Positions 1 to 12,886 of a DNA stretch of 64,000 nt are shown in pieces. A program made the translations under genes and the position numbers. Within the stretch, counting starts at the first letter, position 1. Each line of letters opens with the position of its first letter. Origin of the DNA: Octopus vulgaris (lineage: Eukaryota); contig OX597817.1 in assembly GCA_951406725.2 (NCBI GenBank), positions 5,766,001-5,830,000 of the forward strand. The letters run 5' to 3'. The notes under the pieces were generated by a model. It was not told the origin of the DNA, ran no database searches, and saw nothing but the letters and a program-made list of their open reading frames with translations.

Positions 1-204
1 GATAGAGTCTAGCAAAACAAGACACAGGTTGGAACTAGTTTATTTGAGAAAAATCTATTTTATGACTTTAATCGTAGATTAAAACTGCGAATTTTAACCA
101 ATCAGATTGTTTGTTTTCATGTGTAAAACTTGACTGCATTCTATTAGTGTGACGTAGAAAGCGCTTTTGTGACGTACTAACGTTCGGAAAACTGTAAACA
201 AACA

Positions 205-271
205 CAGAACGTAACGGCAGACGAAATACGGCTACGCATTTCGCCCGGCGTGCTAACGTTTCTGCCAGCTC
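205..271 (-). mobile_element. SINE family A, 5' (tRNA-like) fragment
   Basis: Reverse complement GAGCTGGCAGAAACGTTAGCACGCCGGGCGAAATGCGTAG matches the heads of the full copies at 30719, 55562 and 60223. Confidence 0.8.
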
Positions 272-639
272 TTTGCTTTTTTAATATTAAATTTCTTGCC
301 TTTTGCACAAATAAATACAATAAGTGAAATGAAACGCATTAGCTTAGAAACGAAATCTTGTTAGAAGCCTCGTCACTGAGATGCCACTTCTTAATAGCAA
401 ACGAAAGCAAGTACTAACAGAATGGAAACATTTTCAATTTAATACATGTGGCTTATTAACTAGTTTTAAATATTGTTATTAGAAGGTGGCTGACTATAGG
501 ATCCTGGAAACATGAGTACGTTAAATAATTAGAAGGAGATTTCACGGAGACATGCGGCTTGTTTACATTTAAGATGTTTAATACGTCACCAAATTGGTGG
601 TCGAGACGGAGTAAATAAAATAAAGCCGAATGACGGAAT

Positions 640-816
640 ATCATTGGTTAAAATTCTAATTATTAAACAACGTTAAACTTAGAAGTTACAATTCCGTTTT
701 CATTCTGGTTTACAATTAAGTTTACTTTTGACACATTCTACCAGTATACGAAGTTTCAAATTGTTTGGTTCAGTAGGAAAAATTTGAAAAAACTGGCTTC
801 AGAATTGAAAAGATCC
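640..816 (+). mobile_element. 3' fragment related to the Merlin-like MITE family
   Basis: Shares ACACATTCTACCAGTATACGAAGTTT with the 53091 copy (near-match at 58554) and ends in GAAAAGATCC like the TIR at 58955-58964. Confidence 0.6.
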
Positions 817-1723
817 CGTAAGTACGTTGGAGAGAAGGCTTCACTGCAAAGTGATGTCTGTTCTCTAAGAAAAAAGGTTCATTACAATGTCATTAACGGA
901 GGTTAGAATCACGAATCGGGTGCGAATTAAAATGGTTATGCTCATCTCTTTTAATAGCTCTGTGGACTAATATATTTGAACTCAGAACATTCAGATAAGA
1001 AACCATCGTCGATTTTACAATGCTATTGTGGTTGGATACAATGTATTGTATCTATTGTAGTGTACCTATTTACAGTGAACAGAACTAAGCTGTCGAAAGT
1101 GGAGTATCTTGGCCATGAAGAAACATAATCTCTTTGTCGGGATACACATCATTGCCCCTACGCTGATAGCTTAGTCGACTCTGCTATCTTAGTTCTTTGA
1201 ACAAATATGAATTTAAATACCCCCTGAGCCTTTGAAGACAGGTGCTTGACTCCGGTTTCGGAGAGAAAAATGGACTAGAGATAACATTTTATTTCAGGAT
1301 AGAACATGAATATATGAGAGTTCACACTCCCAGATAAGTTACAGAAGTCATACGTGGGTTTTTTTACCCCCACCTGGGGGAATAAAAGAAAAGAGCAATA
1401 AATAAACAAGCAAGTTGTTGGCTATTAAGCCCATCGAAAATAAAGAGTGAGATAAACAAATATTTATTCTTATGTAATTTAATATAATAATAGCTTATCG
1501 TAAGTACAATGCTACGCGTTCGGCAAAGTAACATATACAGCAAAACAAAAAAAAAACAAGAAGGTCATATATAATGTAATATTCAAAGATAGTTTTATCA
1601 GTGATCTAAATTTCGGGATGAGAGATCATAAAAACAAAATCGTTATTGTAGGGGAAATGGGGGTAGAGGACGCAGTGTTCGTCACTAATAGCTAAGATAT
1701 GCATATATATATATATAGATGTG

Positions 1724-1761
<38 letters not shown>

Positions 1762-1765
<4 letters not shown>

Positions 1766-2073
1766 GGAATAAATCCAAACTTACAGGGAAAAATCAGATT
1801 TAGGATTGAATCCAATTTTATAGTAAAATATTATATTATATTAAATTAGAGACAAAACCACTATTATGCAAATCAAACAATGAAAGACTTAAGCCAATAC
1901 ATAAATCAATTAATTACTCAAAAATTTGATGACAGAAACAGGAAACGATCGTAGTGGATATTAATTATATTTTTTAATAATTGTTACATATCTAATTAAT
2001 ATAAATTAATTTATGTATTGGCTTAAGTCTTTCATTGTTTGATTTGCATAATAGTGGTTTTGTCTCTAATTTA

Positions 2074-2083
<10 letters not shown>
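1762..2083. mobile_element. PLE pseudo-LTR-like foldback between two (TA)n tracts
   Basis: Inverted arms 1832-1911 and 2004-2083 (one mismatch seen). The left copy continues about 70 bp to (TA)n. The spacer carries a degenerate HHR-like motif TTGATGA...GAAACGATCGTA at about 1926-1953. Confidence 0.6.
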
Positions 2084-2110
<27 letters not shown>

Positions 2111-2113
<3 letters not shown>

Positions 2114-2320
2114 ATAAAGTTAATCCAAACAAGAAAGCACAAAAAAAAAAACACAACAACGCGTGGACGTGGAACAAATATAGTATTATTGGACGCTGAG
2201 GAAAGAAGGAGAGTTTAATGTTTCGAGCGGAGCTTTTCGTCGGAAACATAGGAGAAGGAAAGATCCAGAGAAGGGAAGACAGAGGAAAAAAATCGCCAAC
2301 GGTATACACGAGGTCACATA
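2111..2320 (-). mobile_element. Short HHR-bearing PLE/retrozyme-like element with degenerate ribozyme
   Basis: Minus strand GTTT CCGACGA A AAGC TCC GCTC GAAAC ATT AAAC (2213-2247). Layout and downstream motifs match 50054-50272. The 3' end runs into (TA)n. Confidence 0.6.
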
Positions 2321-2322
2321 TC

Positions 2323-2608
2323 TGTAAATGTAATATGTGACAGTTATTCGGTAGCCATGATAAAACTGAGTTTCGGATGTCGGGGTGGAAATCCACGCCG
2401 CCATCTCTTCAGTTATCCAGCCATAGAATTTTTTCCGATGGCTGGATAACTGAAGAGATGGTGGCATGGATTTCCACCCCGACATCCGAAACTCAGTTTT
2501 ATCATGGCTACCAAATAATTGTCACATATTACATTTACAAATAAATTCCTCTCTTTACATAATATCGAGGTCTCTTTCTTTCTTTTGTTGTCTTACCATT
2601 TTTATCAA
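2323..2608 (+). mobile_element. PLE pseudo-LTR-like foldback element carrying an HHR
   Basis: Arms 2323-2424 and 2438-2539 (4 transitions), 13-nt loop. The right copy extends to a TA/TATG tract. Confidence 0.7.
2445..2503 (+). ncRNA. Type I hammerhead ribozyme motif (mirror copy 2359-2417 on minus)
   Basis: Stem I GATAA/TTATC, core CTGAAGA (2450-2456), stem II GATG...CATC, GAAAC (2488-2492), TCA, GTT triplet. Confidence 0.65.
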
Positions 2609-3169
2609 TATATATGTATGTATGTGTGTTTATATATACATATATATGTGAGTGGGTATGTATGTATGTATGTGTGTATATATATACATGTAAAAAGTAC
2701 TAATAATATAATAATTTGAATTTGAAAAATTTGTTATTAACTAACTTTTCATGTATTTATACTTAATAATCAATTATTAAAAGTATCCATCTATATATAT
2801 ATATATATATATACAATTGTCTATATACGTATATATGTACCTCTTTCTATATATACATATGTGAGTGTATATATGTATGTATGTGTGTGTGTGTGTGTGT
2901 ATAGCTTTTCGTGTATATTGATTTCGTTGGCGTGACTTAATTCAAGACTATGTTGTTGACGTCTAGACAGTGTTTTGAGAAAAGTCACAATAAAACAAGT
3001 TGCATTTTACGGCATCAAATAATATATCTCTCGTTCTCCATTTCCCTTTCTCTCCCTTTCTCTCTCATGTGTACATTTGTAGGAGACATAGGTTTCTTTT
3101 TATTAGGTGTATGATACATTCCGGAGCTGTTCATTTTTCGCATGGCCTAACAATAGTATTTTTTAAAAT

Positions 3170-3268
3170 ATTTTTTCTGTTTCTATCTCGTTTCAGGTAA
3201 GTCACTGATATTCTCAATATCTGAAAGTGTAATGGCCCTCTTTCACCCTTGGTAATTTCTGGGTAAGT
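3170..3268 (+). other. Candidate recursive splice site with 66-nt cryptic RS-exon
   Basis: Pyrimidine tract TTTTTTCTGTTTCTATCTCGTTTCAG directly followed by GTAAGT (3197-3202). Second GTAAGT at 3263-3268. Confidence 0.3.
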
Positions 3269-5204
3269 AGTTGTTTATATTCGTACGATGAAGATGATCT
3301 TGGTTGTAGACATAATAGAATGTACATCCAAGTAATATCATATGGTATTAAAGAAAACCAAACCTTTTCATCTAAATTTATTTAAGCAATTCGCCTTCCA
3401 TACTTCCATACTTCCACTTGAGTTTAACTTTGAAATCTGTAATAGACATCGTTTTGATCGTATTGAATTACGACAAATACTAAAACACAGAAGTCAGACT
3501 AAATCGATTACATTGCCTTACATTCATATACAAATTCCCTCGGGCAGGCTCGCATTACGTTATACGCAAACTAGTTGAGCACAGGGTTCACTAAAATTGG
3601 AGGGGCATGGTGCCTCAAGTAACTTAAGCAAAATTACTTAATCCTATGAAAAACACGAAACGGATATTCAGTAAAGGAGCGCGTAAAGTTAACTTCCTGA
3701 ACAAACAATGATAGAAAATGTTTGCTGAAAGACTTGTGTGGAATTATGTCTTGCCACATGGTTTGGTGTGGAATGTTTCAAACTTTGCTCAGTAACACGC
3801 TTGATCGTAAATCTATACATTTCTTGTTTGCAAGTTATTAATTATAATTTTTCGACGAGGTCTGATAGCTGGAGAATGTTGTAGAAAATATTGAAGAAGT
3901 ATGTGATAGTTATAGTGAGAGAAAGCAGTGCATATTGTAGGAGAGGTCTAGGACGCTGAATACTCCTTTCCGCAGACCAGTTATCTGTTTCTGAGTTCTG
4001 TCCTTGGGATTTTCATTGTGAAATTTTTTATCGCTCATTCAGTCGGGAAGGCAAGTAATGCCTGTGACTATTTACGTTCAATTTGGTGAGTTAGAAGTGG
4101 AAAATTAATCTCCAATTTGAATCCTAGAGCGACAGCTTTCCAAGAGAGTGCACTCCGCTAAAGGCACCCAAAGTGCCAAATGATGTTCAAAGTGTGACTG
4201 GTTAAGTCTACCATTCTAGTAGATCTCGGCTGGATTTGAACTCAGATGGGGAAGATCTGGAAAAAGATAATGCAAGATATCACACAAGATACCTTATCCT
4301 TTATTTATGTTTATTGATTCCAGAAGGATGAAAGGCAAATTAATCTTGGCGCGATTTCAACTCAGGAAGCAAAGAACCAAAATATGTAGCTTAAGAAATT
4401 TTGTTAAACGTTCTAAGGCGTTTGTCAGTTTATAGCTTTGTACATCGATCTCTCCATCGATCTGGCTGCTTCAAGAAATACAGGTCTAATATAACCGAAG
4501 CCTATCTTGAGTCGTCACTGTGTGATTATTGTTGTTTTCACCAACTTCTTTATTTCCATTTTAATTAATTGGGACTTCGAAGCCCATTTCAAAACAACAT
4601 TTTGGGTTTCGAATTGTCTCCTTTATTTTGGTTTGAACCAGTGTTTAAAAAATTGTTTGCTTTTACACAATATAGGTATAGTCTTGATTAATTAAAGTTA
4701 TCATATTCATCGCATTAACTGTGAACCCATATTTTACAAAATATTATAAATTTGAGAGGTCTTTCTTGTTTTTGTTTTTTGTTTTTTTTTTACCTGCTAA
4801 CATATTTCATCCTTTATCTATACTAGACGCGAATGTCTCCAGGTATCATATTTCAATATGTGAAATAATATACTTGAAATGATTTCAGAACCCTAATTTT
4901 TAACAAAACATGTCTTGGTTTAAATCTAAATATGTCACGTTCCATTAGTTCTACTCATTTCACTACGTAAACTCTTTCTTTTTGCCTGTTTGCAAATTTG
5001 TTGCTGTACATTATCATTATCATCACCATCATCATCATTATTATTATTATTATTATTATTATCATTAAACTTTTCTGTACTCACGTTTATTTATCTATAG
5101 CTTCATAACTTATTTATTTATTTACTTTCATTTTACTTTAACGATAAAACAACGTTTATCAAACTGCATTTGACGTGCCTACATATGGACGAAAAATATG
5201 CATA

Positions 5205-5335
5205 AACTAGAAAAGCAATCGGAGAGCGCAGACCTCCGCCAAACAGCTCATTTCCACCCATATACGCGCATGCTGAAAATCGCCCAATTTCCCAAACCAA
5301 CGCCGGCGAAAATATAACCTCCTTGGTGGGGGTAA
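5205..5335 (-). mobile_element. Helentron-associated non-autonomous element (HINE/DINE-1-like)
   Basis: Minus strand starts TTACCCCCACCAAGGAGGTT (subTIR plus short IR). It ends TTGGCGGAGGT (subTIR), an imperfect GCGCTCTCCGATTGC stem-loop, then TTTTCTAGTT. Confidence 0.7.
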
Positions 5336-5404
5336 AATAAAAATAACACACCCATGCGATTTTAAGAAAAGAAAAAATAAACCTTTAAAAACAGGAATCA
5401 TCTG

Positions 5405-5770
5405 AAGCAGTTCACAACCACCAACTTCATCAGCAGCATTGTCATTGCTTCCACTTCAACCACATACACCGCCATCAATATTATCATGACGGTTACCTTG
5501 ACAGTCACTATCACCCCCACAACCAGTATAACCACTGCAATACCACCACCATCACACAACTAACACTATCATCAACACCACTATTACCGCCATCACCTCA
5601 GCATCACACATCACACCGCTCCTGTCACCATTATAACCACCGACACTATTTTATCCTCCTCTCATACTTATCTCGACCATCGTCTTCATCAACACTGTCT
5701 CTAAATAGCAACGCCACCATAGGTTACGTGGAAATGATGTGTTTCCACGTAACCAAGTCCACCACCAATA
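5405..5770. repeat. Degenerate (CAC/CAT)n low-complexity tract
   Basis: Runs of accacc, catcac and catcat units. Confidence 0.7.
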
Positions 5771-5784
5771 CACACATACACACA

Positions 5785-5833
<49 letters not shown>

Positions 5834-5834
<1 letters not shown>

Positions 5835-6167
5835 GGTGCAGGTGTGGCTGTGTGGTAAGAAGATTGCTTACTAACCAACATGATTCCGGGTTCACTCCCT
5901 CTGCATGTCACTTTGGGCCAAGTGTATTTGGTAGACGGGAAGTGAAATAAACCCGTCGTATATACATATATATATATTGTGTGTGTATGTGTGTATTTGG
6001 CCCCCACCACCGCTTGACAACCAATGTTGGTGTGTTTACATCCTCGAACAAAAGAGACCGATAGAATAAGTAATAGGCTTAAAAAGAAAATTAGTGCAGG
6101 GGTCAATTAGCTTTACTAAAATTACTCAAGACATTGCCCCTTTATAATGATTGAAACAACTAAAAGA
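5834..6167 (+). mobile_element. SINE family B (tRNA head, CORE-like segment, internal microsatellite)
   Basis: A-box-like TGGCTGTGTGG, B-box-like GGTTCACTCC, internal (TA)(TG) tract, 3' GAGACCGATAGAATAAGTA. Confidence 0.8.
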
Positions 6168-6179
6168 CGAAAGATCAGA

Positions 6180-6545
6180 TGTGGCCATGTGGGAAGAAAC
6201 TTGCTTCCCAAACGCATGGTTCTGAGTTCAGTTCCACTGTGCAGCATCTTAGGCAAGTGTTTTCTACTATTGCTTCGGGCTGACCAAAGCCTTGTGAATG
6301 GATTTGATAGACGGAAACTGAAAGAAACATTTATATATGTATGTCTGTCTGTCTGTCTATCTATCTATCTGTGTCTTTCTGTCTGTGTTCGTCCCACTAC
6401 CAACGCTTGAGAACCGGTGTTGGTGTGCTGGCATCCTCGTAATTTATCGCTTCGGCTAAAGAGGCCCATAGAATAAGTACCAGGCTTTAAAAATAGGTCT
6501 TGGGATCGACTTATTTGACTAAAAATTCAAGGCAGTGCCCCAACA
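6180..6545 (+). mobile_element. SINE family B
   Basis: Same head, GGCAAGTG, GACGGAAACTGAAAGAA and 3' half as the other B copies. Confidence 0.8.
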
Positions 6546-6570
6546 TGAATAATGATAACGATAATAATAA

Positions 6571-6784
6571 TTATTTCTACTCTAGGCACAAGGCCTTGAA
6601 AATTTGTGGGGCAAGCGGGCTAGTCGATTATATTGACCCCAGTGCGTAACTGGTGCTTATTTCATCGACCCCGGAAAGATGAAAGGCAAAGTCGACTTCA
6701 GCGGAATTTGAACTCAGAACGTAGTGGCAGGCGAAATTCCGCTAAGCATTTTCACCCGGCGTGTTAACGATTCTGCCAGCTCGC
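6571..6784 (-). mobile_element. SINE family A, tail variant 2
   Basis: Head GCGAGCTGGCAGAATCGTT, central GCCTTTCATC.TT..GGGGTCGAT domain, tail GGCCTTGTGCCTAGAGTAGAAA plus (TTA)n. Confidence 0.85.
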
Positions 6785-6827
6785 GATAATATACATACAT
6801 AAACACATACTATAAGTGATTTTTTTT

Positions 6828-7014
6828 TTTACTTCTTTAAGTCATTGCACTACTAGAGAACCTCCTGCAAGGTTCTAATCCAGCAAATCAATTCCAGTTT
6901 TTGTTATTTTTAAACCTTTCACTTATTCTATCGGTGGTTTTTTGCCGAACTGTTAAGTTACGGGGATTTAATAAATTAACACCAGTTGTCAGCGGTGAAG
7001 GACAAACTCAAAAG

Positions 7015-7062
<48 letters not shown>

Positions 7063-7197
7063 ATATTCGAAGGACTTTCATACAGTTTCCGTCTACCAAA
7101 TTCACTCACTTAGTATTGGGGGCTACAAAGTGTCATGCGGTGGAACTGTATCCGAAACCATGTAGATGCGAAGCAAACTATCTTAGCACACAGCCAT
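6828..7197 (-). mobile_element. SINE family B
   Basis: Reverse-complement copy with an internal (CA)n tract. Confidence 0.75.
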
Positions 7198-7275
7198 AAG
7201 AGTGAGCGCGAGAAGAGTGAGACGGACTGGTAGGCACAGGATCACTCATTCGTTTTTGTGGTCGATTCTGTTGTG

Positions 7276-7330
7276 TGACAGTGCTTCACTGAGGAGGTCT
7301 AATAAAACTGAAACATGTCTTGAGTTGTCA
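7276..7330 (+). ncRNA. Type I hammerhead ribozyme motif
   Basis: TGACA gt GCTTCA CTGAGGA GGT ctaataaa ACT GAAAC AT GTC TTGAGT TGTCA: intact core, palindromic stem III ACATGT, GUC triplet, extended stem I with one mismatch. Confidence 0.65.
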
Positions 7331-8169
7331 TTGTGTGATTTTTGTTGCTTTCTCCAAATTGCCCTGTGTTCCTTGTTGACCAGTGCTTTGTGACTGAAAA
7401 TTGGTAGACGAAAATTGTGCAGACGCTCCTTATATAATACCTTTGTGTCTGTCTATCTCCGTCAATGTTCCTATGTTTACTTTACATTTCGTTCCTCTAC
7501 GCCCAAAAGTAACCAAACCATCGATAAATATAGATCGCTGAAATAAGTATCGAAGGAAAATATGTAATAGTGTTGATTTTAATTGAACAAAACCCTCTTC
7601 ATGTTGGTATTCTACTAGTAAAATGATGTAGGAGTGTACAATAATAATATTCATACAAACTCAAAACAAACGCTTTTATACTTGCGCTTTCATTCATAGG
7701 TCCTTCCTCTCTCTCTCTCTCACACACACACACACAAGTACACACGCACACAAACACACACATACACAAACACGCACGCACCAACACACACAGACACACA
7801 CACACGAATGAAAATGGAAAGATACCAATGTGGCTTGCCACAAGAAAATTCCATTCATGAAAACACTTTAAAGCGATAAAGAAAAAGGAGAAGGTGGGAG
7901 AGGAGGAAATTATGGAAAAGGAAGGAAAAGAGATGATCTTAAGGAGGCGAATGGGATGTTGGCAGTGGCGAGGCAAATGTAAATCTATCTTCTGTTTATA
8001 TTTATCTTTATGAAAACACATATATTCTCTCTTCCGCGTGTAGACACACACTCACACATACTCATCCACACATATATACACACACACACGTGCCTGTGTA
8101 TACATTATATGTTATTTTTTGTTATAATTCGTAATATATATCCATGTGCGCGTGTGTAAGTGCCTATTT

Positions 8170-8207
<38 letters not shown>

Positions 8208-8474
8208 GTATAAATGAAACGTGATAGAATAGGCATATATATACAATTAAGCTATACTCTCTGCTCTTGTTGAAGTACATTTCTACAAGCAGTATATGCG
8301 TCCCAGCTGACGATAAAGAAGAAAGGTAAGAGAGAAGGAGGGGAAGAGAGAGATTAATAAGACCCCTTAATAGCAACGAATGTAGTACACGAAAAGGGAT
8401 GGAATCAGTAAAAGTTAGTATAGATAGGGAACAGAGGAAGTGGTTAGATGGATGCCACGAGCAAAGATAGTACC

Positions 8475-8702
8475 TATTTCTTTATTACCCACAAGGGACT
8501 AAACACAGAGGGAACAAACAAGGACAGACATAGGTATTAAGTCGATTAGATCGACCCCAGTACGTAACTGGTACTTAATTTATCGACCCCCGAAAGGATG
8601 AAAGGCAAAGTCGACCTCGGCGGAATTTGAACTCATAACGTAACGACAAGCGAAATACCGCTAAGCATTTCGCCCGGCGCGCTAGCGTTTCTGCCAGCTC
8701 GC
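8475..8702 (-). mobile_element. SINE family A, tail variant 1, with 17-bp TSD
   Basis: Full copy flanked by CGAGCAAAGATAGTACC (8458-8474) and CGAGCAAAGAAAGTACC (8703-8719). Confidence 0.9.
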
Positions 8703-9344
8703 CGAGCAAAGAAAGTACCGTAGAATCAAGACGTGTGTGTTTGTGTGTGTGTGACGGAAAGAGATGGAGAGAAAGAAACGCAATAAACTAATTGTAAAAC
8801 TAGAAATGTAATGATGTATTGGATAAGGTATTTGACTTATATCTGTTTGGTTTAGTGTTCATGTCTGTTGCGTTGTATTGGAGCCCCCGTTCTACTTTGT
8901 CTTGCTTCCCCTGTGTCGTGGATACATACAAGATTTTATCTGTGTGATAAATTACCGATTATGTTATATATGATCTATGTCGAGTCCTTGTTACGAACTC
9001 TAAACCTCTGTACCTAATATCCTTTGAAAAGTCACGTTACGCATCCTTGTTTTCATTTCCGTTTAATATAATTAAAGTGAAAGTCTGTCGCGACCCTATA
9101 CGATCATTAGGCAGGATCTTATCTTGGTGTCTGTTGCCTTTAATCGACAGAGAGTGGCAAAGAACTCCCAAAAACATGCTCAACCACACATACACACATA
9201 GACATTGAACAGGAGGACACCGGTCCGTAGCATAGTTAACTTCCAGCCACCGTTTGTACATGCTTTCAGTTGCGTCTACTGAAGTATCATGTAATAAAAA
9301 CGCAAGGCTTCGCCCGGTTTAAGAAGTGCGTCAACGATCTAGAC

Positions 9345-9882
9345 CAGTGGTTCTCAAACTGGGGTCCACGGTCCTCTAGGGGACCGCGAAGGGACGCTGA
9401 AGTATCGTGAAAACGGGTGGCTTGAGATAGTTAAGTTTAAACATTTCAAGACTTTCAATTCCATGCTATCATCCTTTTTTGGTCATTGACCTCAAAATCC
9501 CATGCCTCTCCTACATGCTCATTTACTAATCACACTTGTACAACAGGTGTGATTTACCGATGGAAAATATGCAGGTGTAACGGTTGATCGTGCATGTGCT
9601 GTCGGCATTCTACGCTCTCATAATTCGCCATTCCACTATTGCAATCCTCACGTTAGCATATCTCTCGCTGTCGTTATCCTCACCGGTGCAAGTTCCCGCA
9701 TGACCTTGCCCTTTGCCAGACACCCATTCTCATCCCGGGTCGTAATCCGGAAATTACGCTACACGATTTTATGTCATTTTTTCCATATATATTATCCTCC
9801 ATTTTATAGCGGACCGTGAATCATCGCAAAATGTGTAAGGGGACCGTCACGTAAAACTTTTTGTAAAGCTTGTGAACCACTG
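9345..9882. mobile_element. hAT (Charlie/Buster-type) MITE
   Basis: TIRs CAGTGGTTCTCAAAC / GCTTGTGAACCACTG, subterminal GGACCG/GGTCC repeats. The left flank ATCTAGAC fits the NTCTAGAN target. Confidence 0.75.
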
Positions 9883-9887
9883 ATATA

Positions 9888-10116
9888 TATTTCTTTATTT
9901 GCACACATAGGGCTAAACATAGAGGAGACAAAGAAAGAAAGACAAAAGGGATTAAGTCGATTACTTCGACCCCAGTGCGTAACTGGTACATATTTAATCG
10001 AAAAGATGAAAGTCAAAGTCGATCTCGGTGGAATTTGAACTCAGAACATAGCGATGGGCAAAACACCGCTAAGTATTTTGTCCGGCCTGCTAACGATTCT
10101 GCCAGTTCGCCGCCTT
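9888..10116 (-). mobile_element. SINE family A, tail variant 1
   Basis: Full-length reverse-complement copy. Confidence 0.85.
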
Positions 10117-10136
10117 AGTAGCAATAACGATACTAA

Positions 10137-10380
10137 TTTTCTACTATAGGCACAAGGCCTCAAATTTGGGCCGGGGTAAGTCCATTATTACTCAGCTGGT
10201 TGAGAGGGAACTGGGGGAGGGGACTAGTCGATTACATCGAACCAGTGTTCGACTGGTACTTAATTTATCGACCCCGAAAGGATGAAAGGTAAAGTCGACC
10301 TCCGACAGAATTTGAACTTAGAAGATAGCGGCAGACGAAATACTGCTAAGCATTTCGCCCGGCGTGCTAACGATTCTGCC
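10137..10380 (-). mobile_element. SINE family A, tail variant 2
   Basis: Reverse-complement copy with GGCCTTGTGCCTATAGTAGAAA tail. Confidence 0.85.
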
Positions 10381-10878
10381 TTAATAATAATAATAATAAT
10401 AATAATATTGTGTCAAAATCAACCAGCCATACTTTCTCAACTCTGTAACAAATAAGTTTTGTGTCTTACTACACACGCACGCACTCGCGCGAGCGTGAAA
10501 CTCTCAGCCAAATCACAACAGGATTCTCGCTGAAAATTGACACGAGAAATAATGCAAGATATTTCATGTTATGAGTACTCAAAATAGCTACGATAAAGTA
10601 CTCAGAATGGTTACATAATAATACTCACTCCTGGTATTTCTTTGAAAAACACACTGGATAATAACACAAGTTTTGAAATTGAATGTATGAAATTATTTTA
10701 TTGATGTTTTAAACGTATTCCTGCTTTTGCAATCTCTCGTACTCCGAAATTGTTCCAAATATTTTCCTCTTTATTCTGACTGCCTATCTCTCTCCGATGT
10801 GTGTGTGTGTATGTATGTAAGCTTGCATGCATATATGTAAGAATATATGTATGTGTGTATATATAAATATGCGTCAGT

Positions 10879-10925
<47 letters not shown>

Positions 10926-11735
10926 GTGTGTGTGTATGTGTGGTTCTTGCGCATACTCGCCTCTTCTCATTCTGCTGAAGCAATCAGATAATTGGGGCAG
11001 AAGAGATTCGGCTCCCTTTTTTGTTGCTCCCTAATCTCTTTGATTAAGACTTATAAAAATAAATATTAAAAAAAAAAAAATAGAAAAAAAGTGGTTTGGG
11101 GAGACAGTATTCTTGATTGCGGTCTCCTTTCTTAATAATGAAATGTAGCATAATTATAAAAACATGACCCTCTGTTTTCGTTCCAAATACCCTTCCCTAA
11201 TTAACAAATTCGCGCACTTGTAATGTGGCTCATGCTTTTGAATCAACAGCTTTCGTTGATTAACAAGCTTAATTAACAAATGTACTGTTGTTGTTCTTGA
11301 AGGAAGTATTGCTTTATTCTGTCTACCACAGTCAATTTTCTTTATAAGCCTCAGTCAGAGGAGGAAGCACCTGTGCCCTTTGTAGAACTTCAGACAAAAG
11401 CGGATAGGGTTCACAAATCATGACATATCCGATTCGGTCCGCTCGAAGGGTTTCCACATAGCACCTCTTTATCTAGTTTTGTTCGCAAAACCTTAGTCGA
11501 CGTGTTTATATTCGAAGACAATGTGCCTTGCCTTGGTACCGAACCCTGAACCACGTGAAACGGTCGGCTTCAACCTATTTTCGTTATAAAGACCAGTTTT
11601 CGTCCTATTAAGAGTAATAGTTGTAAGCAGATCGCCTTTTAGATTAGATGTCTATTTAAAACCACTAGGTATTATAACTAACATTGTTGCTAATAACGGC
11701 TGCAATTCAAATTAGAACATTGAAAGGGTTCATTA

Positions 11736-11813
11736 GTGCAAACTCACCGTGGTGCGTGTTATGTACTTATATTATAGTATGAGTACATAACACGCACCAC
11801 AGTGCGTCTGCAC
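11736..11813. repeat. 78-bp near-perfect palindrome (no spacer)
   Basis: GTGCAAACTCACCGTGGTGCGTGTTATGTACTTATATTA / TAGTATGAGTACATAACACGCACCACAGTGCGTCTGCAC, 5 mismatches. Confidence 0.9.
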
Positions 11814-12346
11814 ACACATAAACACACAAAATGAAATATAGAATAGAGCGAGAGATAAGTAGATACGTGTATATGTACAGATGCATATATATGTTTGTAT
11901 GTCATTCGTAATAGAGATTATGCCAATAAGTGCACTAGGCAATCTCGCAGGGTGTGCAGTTGGATGATGTCGAGGTGGGTGGGGCTGAAAATGCTGCAGA
12001 GAGGGAGGAGTAATGAAAATTTAATATAGAAGAGAATTAGTGTCGGAATTGGTGCTTGTGTGGGGGGTTGATTTGAAAGTGGTTACGGTGATCGCCCAAT
12101 AACGGTGTGGGGGAGAAGCGGTTCTGACTCTCGATTTTACTTACGAAAACACCTGAGGGGGGGGAGCTCTAAAGTAATCGTAAACACATTGTTTGCTGTG
12201 AAAACATAGGTGGCACCTATCTTGGACATACGCATATTTTCTCTTGTTTCAGTCAGTTTGTGTATTTATTTGCTCACTGAGTTTATGCGAGTTCTCTGCC
12301 TTCTACAAAATTTATATTTGTTTATCGAGTTACTCATTTCTGTTTA

Positions 12347-12550
12347 TACTCTTTTACACTACTCTTTACTCTATTACTTGTTTCAGTCATTTGACTGCGG
12401 CCATGCTGGAGCACCGCCTTTAGTCGAGCAAATCGACCCCGGGACTTATTCTTTGTAAGCCCAGTACTTATTCTATCAGTCTCTTTTGCCGAACCGCTAA
12501 GTAACGGGGACGTAAACACACCAGCATCGGTTGTCAAGCAATGCTAGGGG
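12347..12550 (-). mobile_element. SINE family B, 3' half
   Basis: Near-identical to 15424-15620, with a (GAGTAAA)n-like tail. Confidence 0.85.
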
Positions 12551-12886
12551 GATATATATATAGATGTTGTAATTTCGCTATTAACCACTTGGATTTTTAT
12601 TCTAATTTCTACTTATGTTGCCCGTTGCTGTCGAGAAGCGTCAGCAATACCTATCCGTGTAATTCAAAAGCCAACGGCAGAACCTTTACGCGGTCGCTCA
12701 AATTGTTAAGAGAAAGACAAACGATTCCTCATTAGTTCAAACCGAAACATTTTTATAAACAGCGAGGGTTATTTTGGACACGGTAGGTTGCTCAGTTTTT
12801 ACATTATCTTGATCAAAACCTTTTTTCATAAGCGATCATTTGAAGCTAGTTGAAACAGATCCGATCCATGCCGCTCTTATTAGTTA

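Noticed and set aside
1992-2651. Two ORFs starting MDFHPDIRNSVLSWLPNN on opposite strands
   Set aside because: Consequence of the 2323-2539 inverted repeat, not duplicated genes.
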